Of a stretch of DNA of 64,000 nucleotides, positions 38,037 to 46,726 are shown one piece after another. The stretch is from Actinomycetes bacterium (GTDB taxonomy: Bacteria; Actinomycetota; Acidimicrobiia; IMCC26256; VFJJ01). The translations under genes and the position numbers were made by a program. Position 1 is the first letter of the stretch; the number at the start of each line of letters is the position of its first letter. The stretch covers positions 36,194-100,193 of the forward strand of contig JANLSK010000312.1 of NCBI GenBank assembly GCA_031362415.1. Direction: 5' to 3'. The notes under the pieces are model-generated. The model had not been told where the DNA came from, did no database searches, and saw nothing but the letters and a program-made list of their open reading frames with translations.

Positions 38037-40640
38037 TCAACCGAGCGCGGCGACCGAGACGATCAGGGCCGCTGGGGGCCGATCACCCAACGAGCCATGG
38101 AACGGCTGCTCGCTGAAATTGAAGATGCCCCCGTCCTCGCCGACCATCAGATAGCCATTGCCGAATCGAACCATCCCCGTCACGGGACGGTTCAGGGTTA
38201 TGGCACCCATCGACCCCCGGAACAGGGCGTCGAAGGCGAACACCCCACCGTCGGACGCGACCATCCAATAGCCCGATCCGTCGCCGTCGGGCACCAGCGA
38301 CTGCACGGGAGCGTTCAGTCTCGTGCCCCCCATCGACCCCCGGAACGACGCGTCGCCGTAGGCGAAGATCCCTCCGTCGGCGGCGACGAGGTAGTACCCG
38401 TTGCCCGAGGGCGTCGCGACCGAGTCGAGCACCGGGCCGTTGAGCACGATGGCGGAGGCGTCGCCCCGATGGACGGCGTCTCCGAACGCCACGACCCGCC
38501 CCGCGGTGGTGAAGACCCAATAGCCCAGACCGGTGGGCGTGCTCGAGACCGCCGTGGGCCGCTCGGACGGGCGCAGCGATGACGGGCTCAGATCGCCGAG
38601 CGCAGCCCTGGCGTCACCGAAGGCACTGATGCGCCCAGCCGAGTCGAGCACCCAGTAACCCTGGCCCGTGGGCGTGGGTTCGAGATCGACGGACGTCGGC
38701 CCACCCGCCGCGGCAACGACGCTCGAGCCGAACGAGCGGGCGGCGCCGAAGGCGTGGACCGACCCGTCAGACCCGAGCATCCAGTACCCGGTGGCGATCG
38801 GCGACGGGGCCGCTCCGGTGGGACCAGAAACCGGCGCAGGGGGGACGACTCCCGCTGCGGGGGGCGGAGGAGCCGGCGGGGCGGATGGCGGTGGCGGTGA
38901 CGGAGCCGTCGGGCTCAGCACGGCGCCGAGGTGGAGCGTGCCGGCGCCGATGTCGTTGTCGATGCCGAGCGGGCTCCAGCTCGGGTCGAGCGCCCGTTCG
39001 CTCAGCAGCGCGCGCACCCCAGCGACGGAGAGGCTCGGATCGTTGGCCAGGATCACCGCCACGGCGCCGGCAACTGCGGGCGCCGCAGCCGAGGTACCGC
39101 CGAAGCCCCCGACCTCACAGGCGACGGTGGCCGTCCCGTAGGTGGCGGTGGCCGTCCAGTCGAGGGCGGCGATGTCGGGCTTGGTACGGCCGTCGATCGT
39201 GGGACCTCGTGACGAGAAGTCGTCGACGGCGCCGGCGCAATACGCCCCGACGGCCACCGCCGACGGTGACGATGCCGGCTCGACGAGACTGCCCGCCGTC
39301 GTCGGGAACTCGAGGGCTCCGCCGTCGGGTACGACCAGGTCGAAACGCGGCGTCGCCACGCCCGAGGCGCGGAACACTGCGATGTAGGCCAGGGCGAACG
39401 TGGCGCCCGGGTTGTTCACCGTGAGACGCTCGGTCGGCGGCTGGCTGCCGTTCTGCACCGTTTCGCTGAAGCCGACGAGCTGCAGGCTGGCGTTGTAGAG
39501 ATGCAGATCGAGGTCGATCGCCGTCGTGGGCCAGGCATCCCAGCTCAAGAAGATCGTCGAGAGCCCGGGGGCCAGCAACACGCCGTTGCCGTCGTTGGAT
39601 GGCGAGAAGTCGTGGTACCCGTTGCTCTGGGGGTCGAAGATCGCGCTGTGGTGGAGCTCGGCGTAGTTGCCAGCGGCGTTCACCCAGACGATCCCCGCGG
39701 CCTCGGCCCGGGCCACGGCGTGGTTTGGGGTTCCGGCGGCACCCGAGCCGTCGCCCCTGGCCGAGTTGAGGAACCCCAACGACATGGTGATGACCCGGAT
39801 CTTCCTCGCGATGGCGTCGTCGACCACCGTCTCGAGGTCGGTCGGACTGTCGACGCACACGAGACGCTGCACCGCGCCGGGAGCCTGGTCGTGCACGATC
39901 TCGGCCACGGCGGTGCCGTGATCGGTCTGGTCGAAGCCCCCCGAGCACAGGTTCATCGTGGTGAGCATCGCCGGGAGCTCACCCTCAGCCTGACGCACGG
40001 CCGCGCCGGCGAAGCCGCCGTCGACAACCATCACGGTCTGGCCGGCCCCCACCCGACCCGCGGCATGCCACACATCGACCCCAGAAGCCGCGAGCTGCTC
40101 GCCGGTCACCGCTGCGAGGAGCGGGCGCGGCGTCGGCTCGATGAACCCCACGGCCCGATCAGCTGCCAGCGCTCCGATCGAAGCCCCCGAAAGCGCAGCG
40201 TCGATGCGGTCGCCGGCGCGGGCCCGCACCGCTCCCCCGAGAGCGCCGACGCGTGCGGCAACGACAGCGCCCTCGCCCGGCTCCGCTGTGATCGTGATCT
40301 CGACCAGGCCGGCCGGCGGGGCAATCGCCGACAGGCTCAGTCCTGTCGGCGCCGATCCCGCAGCCGAGACCCGATCGCTTGCCACACCCGCCACACCCGC
40401 CAACGCCCCGGCGACCTTCGCAGGAGCCTCCACCCGCTGGCGCGGATCGACGAGCACGCGGCCGGGACCCCAGCCAGCGGCCTCCGACGCTCCCAGCCCT
40501 GCCGGCCCCGCCGCAGCCGGCGCCACGCCTGCAGGCCCCAAGAACGTTGCCAACGCCACGACCACCACGCCGGCCCGAGCCACTCGTCGCGGCTCGCCCC
40601 GACGATGCTCTCTCTGGCGGGAACGGCCGGTGGCGGTCAC
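38037..40640 (-). CDS. Secreted S8 (subtilisin-like) serine peptidase with a C-terminal GYW repeat module
   Basis: Signal peptide; triad VVDGG / HGTAVA / GGTSAAAP; NAAGN; SSRGPT.DGR.KPD; Pro-rich linker followed by GYW repeats. Confidence 0.9.
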   Translation of the reverse strand: MTATGRSRQREHRRGEPRRVARAGVVVVALATFLGPAGVAPAAAGPAGLGASEAAGWGPGRVLVDPRQRVEAPAKVAGALAGVAGVASDRVSAAGSAPTGLSLSAIAPPAGLVEITITAEPGEGAVVAARVGALGGAVRARAGDRIDAALSGASIGALAADRAVGFIEPTPRPLLAAVTGEQLAASGVDVWHAAGRVGAGQTVMVVDGGFAGAAVRQAEGELPAMLTTMNLCSGGFDQTDHGTAVAEIVHDQAPGAVQRLVCVDSPTDLETVVDDAIARKIRVITMSLGFLNSARGDGSGAAGTPNHAVARAEAAGIVWVNAAGNYAELHHSAIFDPQSNGYHDFSPSNDGNGVLLAPGLSTIFLSWDAWPTTAIDLDLHLYNASLQLVGFSETVQNGSQPPTERLTVNNPGATFALAYIAVFRASGVATPRFDLVVPDGGALEFPTTAGSLVEPASSPSAVAVGAYCAGAVDDFSSRGPTIDGRTKPDIAALDWTATATYGTATVACEVGGFGGTSAAAPAVAGAVAVILANDPSLSVAGVRALLSERALDPSWSPLGIDNDIGAGTLHLGAVLSPTAPSPPPPSAPPAPPPPAAGVVPPAPVSGPTGAAPSPIATGYWMLGSDGSVHAFGAARSFGSSVVAAAGGPTSVDLEPTPTGQGYWVLDSAGRISAFGDARAALGDLSPSSLRPSERPTAVSSTPTGLGYWVFTTAGRVVAFGDAVHRGDASAIVLNGPVLDSVATPSGNGYYLVAADGGIFAYGDASFRGSMGGTRLNAPVQSLVPDGDGSGYWMVASDGGVFAFDALFRGSMGAITLNRPVTGMVRFGNGYLMVGEDGGIFNFSEQPFHGSLGDRPPAALIVSVAALG

Positions 40641-40718
40641 GACACAATCCTGACACGTGACGATCGCGGCCCCACCGGCACGCCGGCAGGGACGTGGTTG
40701 ACGGCGTGTAGGGCGCCT

Positions 40719-40732
40719 GCTAGCTAGCTAGC
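40719..40732. repeat. Perfect 14-bp palindrome GCTAGCTAGCTAGC
   Basis: Read directly from the sequence; TTGACG lies 17 nt upstream of the first TAG. Confidence 0.85.
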
Positions 40733-40809
40733 TCCGACTGCTCGACACTCTGACGGAGCGGACTGGGGAGGCACCGTTGGCGCAGACGATCAGCTGAACT
40801 GGACCCTTT

Positions 40810-41180
40810 TCACGTCATGCCGATCGGCTCGACGAGGTGTTCGAGGAGTTGCATGGTCGCTCTCTCCGATGCTCCGTTGTCTTCGGTGTCGTCGTCGGCA
40901 AGTTGGGGCGGAAGGAGAATGGCGCCGATTCGGGCGCGGGCCGCGATGGTGTCGGCGAGGCGCCGGTCGACCTCAACGTCGAGGACGGGGATGTAGATGT
41001 CGTCGGGAGCGACGGGGACGAGTCCGCTTCCGGCTCGTACGACTCGTCCCCAGCGTTGGGTGAGCCGCGCCGGGTTCCACGGCAGGTCGTGGTGAACGAG
41101 GCACGGCCGGCCGCCGTCGAGGTCGATCCTCTCGGAGAAGCGGTCTTGGAGGATGAGGACGAGTGGTTCTGCCTTGCCCA
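40810..41180 (-). pseudogene. C-terminal fragment of an SF2 (SNF2-like) helicase
   Basis: 'ILQDRFSERIDL' (motif V-like) and 'HHDLPWNPARLTQRWGRVVR' (motif VI); no Walker A/B or N-terminal lobe. Confidence 0.8.
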
Positions 41181-41444
41181 CGGGAGCCACGGGCCGGGCG
41201 TGAACAGGCTCGATGAAGCTCCCCCGACGACCAGAAGTGAGTCAGGTTCGAGACCGTGCGCTCGGGCGTGGCGAGCCCGGCGCAGCGGATCACCGCTGGC
41301 GATACCCAGCAATGCCGGGGCAACGAAGTCGCAGACGGCTGCCCAGTTGACGTCGTGCGAGAACCACACGCCCCGCCGGAACTCGAACCCGTCGGGTGGA
41401 CGGCACATCTCGAGCAGGGTCTGGCCCTCGGTGTCAACCGCCAC
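41175..41444 (-). pseudogene. N-terminal fragment of a probable PLD-like nuclease gene, joined out of frame to the helicase fragment
   Basis: VAVDTEGQTLLEMCRPPDGFEFRRGVWFSHD resembles the 'LL..L.PP.GY.L...' N-termini of PLD-like proteins found upstream of helicases (recalled, not searched); its start overlaps the upstream stop. Confidence 0.5.
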
Positions 41445-42558
41445 GAGGATCGATCCCTTCGTCGAACAACGATCGCGGTGCCGACAACCCGAACTCGGCC
41501 CGTTCGAATCGGGCTCGCGAACGGGCCGGTTCGCCACGAACCCACGGTTGTCCGCCACGACGCCCAGCGAGCCATTCCTGATGCTCGTGGATCGTCTCGA
41601 AGCTGGCCGATTCGTTCAGCCGGCTCTGCAGACGTACAAGATCAGGCTCGGCGCGGCGTCGGGCCGCCGCCGACCAGTTCGAGAGCCCTGCCACATCGCG
41701 GTCCAGAGTCGCGTCCGCGCCTGTGACCCAACGGCGGTACGGCTCCTCGATCGCCGCCATCAGGTCATCGAGTCCGCGGCCCGCCTCGGCCGCGTCGCAC
41801 TGCACGCTCCTGCCGAGGAGGTCGAGGTCGAGTTGCCCGAGGTCGAGCGTTCGATCGTGTTCATAGCAGTCACGGAGGTTTCCGAGGGCGGTGCCGTGGC
41901 GCCGATCGAACTGGCCGAGCGAGCCGCTCAGGAGCTCGATCTCCGTAGCCTCCGGCGTGAGTACCTCCGCGGCCAAGTCGTTCAAAAGCGCGACACGAAC
42001 CCGGTCCTGGCCAACCCAGTGCCCGATGCGTACCTGACCGACCACCGCATCTCTGGTCAGCTTGGCCAGTCGAGCCGCCGTCGAGGTCAGCGAACAATCT
42101 GCCGGTCTGCTCCTCCCCTGACCTGACCGTTGACGGACCAGACCGAACACCTCACCGGCTCTTCGGAACATGCCCCAGAGGCCACCCGAGAGCTGATCGA
42201 TCAGCAGAGGCTGATCCAATCGCACCAATCGATTCCGCGCTGGCCAACCCGAGTGCTCGGCGCCGGCCCGGAAGCGCTCAGCCAGAGCCTCCTTCACGTT
42301 CGCGGCGGGCCTGCGACAGCACGATCAGCCGCTCGAAACGTAAGAAACGCTCGTCGATCTCTTCATCGCCCACTGTTCCGTTCGCACGAGCAACCTCCAC
42401 GCCGAGCGTCAAGAGCCCGAAGCCTCGCGTCCAAACCGATCGTTGCGTCAGCCCCGGCGCCAGATCACGAGCTACCCGTTCAGTCGCAGCGCGGAAGCCG
42501 AGCGGTCCCCACCATCTCGGCCCACGTCCCAGCCCGGATCGAGCCTCGTCCAAGCCAT
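41434..42558 (-). pseudogene. Disrupted conserved hypothetical gene, first gene of the helicase operon
   Basis: Reconstructs as MAWTRLDPGWDVGRDGG[DP]LGFRAATERVARDLAPGLTQR...FERL...; 1-nt frameshift at about 42505, in-frame TGA at 42278-42280, and a further frameshift at about 42220-42295. Confidence 0.7.
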
Positions 42559-42594
42559 CGACACCGTTGACGGTGCCGGTCGATCGAGGACGGT

Positions 42595-42864
42595 GTGCCT
42601 TACATGGAAGGCGGGCCCGGACCCGAACGAGACTACAAGAGGATCAACAAGGGCGAACGGGCCTGGATGATCGAAGCCCGACAGTTACTCGACGAGCTTG
42701 CGCCGGGCTGAAAGATCGTCGAAGCGTACCGAGAGCCCGGTCGACGCTGGCCGTGGAAGCAGATCCTCGAGCATCCAACCGCACCGATGTGGGTCGAGAT
42801 CATGGGCGACTCGGTGACCCTCCGCGACATCAAGTTCCTGACGCCAGGGAGGGCCCCGGGATGA
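42595..42864 (+). pseudogene. Small hypothetical gene interrupted by an in-frame TGA
   Basis: VPYMEGGPGPERDYKRINKGERAWMIEARQLLDELAPG*KIVEAYREPGRRWPWKQILEHPT...; internal TGA at 42709-42711; ends in an ATGA overlap with the next gene. Confidence 0.5.
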
Positions 42865-43115
42865 CGGGATTTGCGCTGTACGCCGCGCTGTGCGAGGCCT
42901 GCGGCGAGACCACGCAACTCGAGGAAGACATCTTCGTTGAAGACCGTGGTCAAGCCAACCGCGTCCCCGAGGCCAAGCGGCTCGACGGGCCCCGGGCATG
43001 CGAACACTGTGGTCAGAAGCTCACCATTCTCACCAATGCCACCAGCCTGCCCAAGTGCCCCGCGTGCAAGAAGGCACGGCTCCAACGCGAACCCGTCGCG
43101 CTCCTCTGGGACTGA
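42861..43115 (+). CDS. Small zinc-ribbon protein (84 aa, three CxxC pairs)
   Basis: CEAC, CEHC, CPAC; C-terminal LLWD; ATGA translational coupling. Confidence 0.7.
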   Translation: MTGFALYAALCEACGETTQLEEDIFVEDRGQANRVPEAKRLDGPRACEHCGQKLTILTNATSLPKCPACKKARLQREPVALLWD

Positions 43116-43182
43116 CTGACAGACGCCGGTGCACAGACCCCGACGGCGCGGACCCGCCTCACGTAGGGTCAACGCCTCCGGC

Positions 43183-43293
43183 TCAACTGCCGGCTTCGAG
43201 GTGGGTATCGAAATCGAGCTCTTCGAGTTCGGGCTCGAAGGCGTCGATGTCGCTCTCGTCGGAGGTGTCGTCTCGTATCGCTTCCTTGCCCAT
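43183..43293 (-). CDS. Possible small acidic peptide (36 aa)
   Basis: MGKEAIRDDTSDESDIDAFEPELEELDFDTHLEAGS; plausible codon usage; no clear RBS. Confidence 0.35.
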   Translation of the reverse strand: MGKEAIRDDTSDESDIDAFEPELEELDFDTHLEAGS

Positions 43294-43302
43294 GGCTACG
43301 GA

Positions 43303-43334
43303 GACCAGGGTCGAGCAACCGCTCGACCCTGGTC
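43303..43334. other. Perfect 14-bp-stem hairpin (possible terminator or processing signal downstream of the TA operon)
   Basis: gaccagggtcgagc-aacc-gctcgaccctggtc; no U-tract. Confidence 0.65.
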
Positions 43335-43495
43335 CGATAGCGGGGGTCGCTCGGCCGCGACGGCACGATGGTCGTCGTCGCCAACGCGTCGAGATCAACG
43401 GGTTTCGACCACCGCGGGACCGGGGCAGCAGCAGTCACCTCGTCGTCAGTCATCGCCGCCCCAACCGCTGTCGGCGTGTCCTGTCATCGTGTCGG

Positions 43496-44377
43496 TCACG
43501 GGTTTGGGCCGAGTCGTTCGATGGCGGCGAGGAGCTCGTGTCGGTGGCCGGCGTGGCAAGCGGCCCATCTGGCCTCCTCGGCTGTGAGCCCGGTGAGGAA
43601 CTGGTAGCGATCCCGGACCATCGCGATCCACCCTTCAATGTCGACCGGTTGGGTGAGGTAGCCGATGTCCTCGGCGGCGAACGCTCGCGGATCGCGCCCG
43701 GAGAGCACGTCGGTGGCGGCGAGTGGTGGTTGGCCGCGTCCGTCGTCGACGACGTCGAAGTACACCTTGATCACCCACAACCGTCGGACGAGCGCTTCGT
43801 CGAGTGGTCGTTGCGAGAACCATGCGAGGTCGTACAGGTCACGGGCGAGTGATGTCCGCCGGTAGCGGGCGAGCTTCTCGGCGATGGCTTCGGAGATCGA
43901 GATCACCTGAGTCGCCGGAACCGTGATGTCGTAGCGGCTGTGGATCGGCAAGACGATCAGGGCCAATGGTTCGGCGGGCAGGATCAAGGCGCGCTTTGAC
44001 ACTTCGATGCGGGCACCCAAATCGGCGCGACCGAACGGCGTGTCCACGACAAGATCAGCGCTGCGTCCGTTGGTGTCGAGTCCATCGATGCGGAACCCGA
44101 ACCCGTCGATCTGCGCGTCGGCGAGGGTGGCCATCACCTCGACGGTGACGTCATCGTCGGGCGCGCAGAAGTCCAGATCGGTGGAGAACCGTCCCGCTGC
44201 CCCGGCACGGAACTTACGAAGCGATGTCCCGCCTTTGAACACGAGCCCGCGTTGGAACAACCCGGCGTCGTGAAGCAGCGCCAAGGCGTGGTCCTGGGCG
44301 ATGTCCAGGAGGGCTGGACCGCGTCCGCCGCGGCGGCCTTGGTAGTGGCGGGCCAGGTGCCCTTCGGTGATCCTCAC
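43496..44377 (-). CDS. abiEii: AbiEii/DUF1814 nucleotidyltransferase toxin (MenT4/Rv2826c-like)
   Basis: LVFKGGTSLRK, RFSTDLDF, AEKLARYRR, ARDLYDL, LVRRLWVIKV; matches M. tuberculosis Rv2826c along its length as recalled. Confidence 0.93.
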   Translation of the reverse strand: MRITEGHLARHYQGRRGGRGPALLDIAQDHALALLHDAGLFQRGLVFKGGTSLRKFRAGAAGRFSTDLDFCAPDDDVTVEVMATLADAQIDGFGFRIDGLDTNGRSADLVVDTPFGRADLGARIEVSKRALILPAEPLALIVLPIHSRYDITVPATQVISISEAIAEKLARYRRTSLARDLYDLAWFSQRPLDEALVRRLWVIKVYFDVVDDGRGQPPLAATDVLSGRDPRAFAAEDIGYLTQPVDIEGWIAMVRDRYQFLTGLTAEEARWAACHAGHRHELLAAIERLGPNP

Positions 44378-45189
44378 GGCTGCAGCGCTTGCTGCCCGGC
44401 GACGAGGACCGAGTCGATCACCTCGAAACGGGCGTCGAATCGGCCGGGCCGGTCCCGAGGCCCGAGATAGACCGGGCCACGTCCCGGCGGGGCCTGCTCG
44501 ATCAACTCGATGCCGACATCAGCGCGGCCGCCGGTGGCGAACAGGTAACCGGCACGACGCCATCCCGCTCGGGAAGCGCCATCCAGACACGACCCCACCT
44601 TGGCCGCGTTGGCTTGACCGGCGGCGCGCGGGAGCCACTGCGCGACGTTGCGCCAATCGCCGTAGCCGTCCGGGCGGACAGCCATCCCCGCCAGCAACGC
44701 TTCGACTCGCCACACCGGCAACCCTTCCGCCTCCTGCACCGGGTCGCCGGGGAGGCGAAGGCCGATCACCCGCCAATCCCTCAGGGCCTTGGACACCCGA
44801 TAGCCCGGGGGTACGGCCAGCACCTCCCGCTCCGGGATATGGCCGGCGAGGCCGAGCAGCACCGCTGCGGATTCCATCGCCAACACACCGGGGAACCTCG
44901 GATCGACTGCCCGGGCTGCGCGCAGCTCGATGTGCCGATCGCCCGCCGAGTACCGGCCAGCGCGCGCCGCGGGGGCGAACTCCCACACGCCGCGAGTCCG
45001 CAACGGCAACAACCAGCCGAGACGACGCAACGCATAACCCAACGCGACGCCCGAGATCGACAACCCAGACGAACGGGCCAGTCCCTCGAGATTCGCGACC
45101 GTCACCACCCGCGGCTGGTCCAGCTCCAGAGCCTCGACCACGCTCGCAAGCCGAGAAGGCACTGACCGACTCTCCGCTGCTGCTGTCAT
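44374..45189 (-). CDS. abiEi: AbiEi type IV antitoxin (MenA4/Rv2827c-like)
   Basis: N-terminal wHTH 'LELDQPRVVT...LRRLGWLLPLRTRGVWEFAP', 'EALLAGMAVRP', 'WRRAGYL'; AAGGAGG RBS; GTGA overlap with the toxin gene. Confidence 0.9.
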   Translation of the reverse strand: MTAAAESRSVPSRLASVVEALELDQPRVVTVANLEGLARSSGLSISGVALGYALRRLGWLLPLRTRGVWEFAPAARAGRYSAGDRHIELRAARAVDPRFPGVLAMESAAVLLGLAGHIPEREVLAVPPGYRVSKALRDWRVIGLRLPGDPVQEAEGLPVWRVEALLAGMAVRPDGYGDWRNVAQWLPRAAGQANAAKVGSCLDGASRAGWRRAGYLFATGGRADVGIELIEQAPPGRGPVYLGPRDRPGRFDARFEVIDSVLVAGQQALQP

Positions 45190-45374
45190 CTGGACCTCCT
45201 TCGGGGAGAACTCTAACCAAGAAGGGGAGGAATCGACAGCGTTCACCTACAGCGGACTCCCGCGACCGGCCGACACTCGACGCGGTGCCACGACCGGCCC
45301 TCACCGGCGTCAAGCCCCTGACCGTCACGACGTTGGCATTACTACAGCCGGTTGGAACGCGGATCGGCTCTCGT

Positions 45375-45550
45375 CGGGAGCCCCAGTCGGGGCTTGACCC
45401 CGGGTCCGGTCGTGGTCATGGTGAATTGGCCTGGGCTTCTTGGAGGCTCGTTGGTTTGGTTTCTCGGGCTGGCCTGGCCTGCCCGGTGTGATTCTGGCAC
45501 ACGTTCGCGAGGTGGGTTGCTCAACGATGCCACGTCGCCAACTTCGCCCG
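45375..45550. other. Structured non-coding island-junction segment; possible orphan insertion-sequence end
   Basis: T/G-skewed on the + strand, hairpin agcccc-agtc-ggggct, abuts a 5'-truncated gene; resemblance to actinobacterial IS110 ends is from memory only. Confidence 0.3.
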
Positions 45551-45992
45551 GGCCGGGCGCATGGTCAACGACGCCGGGTTCCGGCTCGGTCTCGAGTTCC
45601 TGCCGACGCTTGAGCTCGACACGATCGCCAAGACCCGTCAGCTCATCCACCAGACCGGCATCGACGCCGGTGTGGTCGTCGACACCTGGCACTTCTGCCA
45701 CGGACCCGACGACTGGGCCGACCTCGAGGCCCTGCCGCTCGACGAGATCGCCTTCGTACAGTTCGACGATCATCCGGCACTCGAGTCGACTGACCTCACC
45801 TACGAGATGATCCACCGCCGGGTGTTCCCGGGCGAGTGGGTGCTGCCCCTGCGACGCTTCGTCGACGCCTTGCAGGCCAAGGGTTTTGACGGCATCGTCA
45901 GCGTCGAGATCATCTCCGAGCCGCTGCGGGCCCTGGGCCATCGTGAGTTCGCCCGACGGGCCCACGACACGGCGGCGGCGTTCTGGCGTTGA
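45534..45992 (+). pseudogene. 5'-truncated sugar-phosphate isomerase/epimerase (xylose-isomerase-like TIM barrel)
   Basis: LGLEFLP, VVDTWHF, FVQFDD, R.FPGE, GFDGIVSVE cover the C-terminal half only; in-frame stop at 45489 upstream. Confidence 0.8.
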
Positions 45993-46215
45993 CGTCCGTC
46001 CGTGAGCTCCAAGGCCGAGGCCGAGGCCGGGCGGGGGAGCTCCCGGGCGTCAGAGGAGCTCGGCGGCGGCGTCAAGGACCGGGAACACGCCATTGGCCTG
46101 GATGGACAGCGTCGTCGGATCCCAGCCGGCCATCTCGGCCACGCGACGCAACTCGATCACCCGGGGAGGACGACGATCCCGACGCGCATGGCCGGTGAAC
46201 CTCTACGTTTCCGTC

Positions 46216-46698
46216 ATGGCTGACACCCGTCCCGAGCCCCACCTGCCCTCGCCGCCCACGAAACCCGTCCCCGAATCGGTGCACGACATCCTCGACGATC
46301 TGCCCACGGGGTACCTCGCCACGCTGAGGCCCGACGGTCGCATCTCGGTGACGCCGATGGCGGTGATGTTCGACGGGACCCACGTGCGCCTGAGCACCAT
46401 CACCGCCAGGAAGAAGCACCGCAACCTCCTCGCCGACGACCGGGCCACGGTGTGCGTCCCCCATCGCAACAACCCCAACCGCTACGTCGAGATCAGGGGA
46501 CGGGCCGTGCTGAGCGACGACGCCGACCGCTCGTTCATCAACAGCATCGCCAAGAAGTACATGGACGTCGACACCTACCCGTTCGACAAGCCCCACTGGA
46601 AACGGGTGACCGTCACCATCGCCGCCGAGCACGTCTCGTCACCCGACATCCCCCTCGCCGACAACCCTCCCCAGGCCCCCGACCCGCAGCCGGCCTGA
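46216..46698 (+). CDS. PPOX-class (probably F420-dependent) oxidoreductase
   Basis: LATLRPDG, RKKHRNLLADDR, RYVEIRG. Confidence 0.9.
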   Translation: MADTRPEPHLPSPPTKPVPESVHDILDDLPTGYLATLRPDGRISVTPMAVMFDGTHVRLSTITARKKHRNLLADDRATVCVPHRNNPNRYVEIRGRAVLSDDADRSFINSIAKKYMDVDTYPFDKPHWKRVTVTIAAEHVSSPDIPLADNPPQAPDPQPA

Positions 46699-46726
46699 GC
46701 GCGGGGCGCCGGGCCGCAACGAGGGG

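Noticed and set aside
42709-42711. Selenocysteine recoding of the in-frame TGA (also 42278-42280)
   Set aside because: No redox motif context or evident SECIS hairpin; both fit TGG-to-TGA nonsense mutations in a decaying island.
40700-45570. Intact prophage, ICE or transposon
   Set aside because: No integrase, transposase, tRNA target or terminal repeats were recognised; only decayed cargo is visible.
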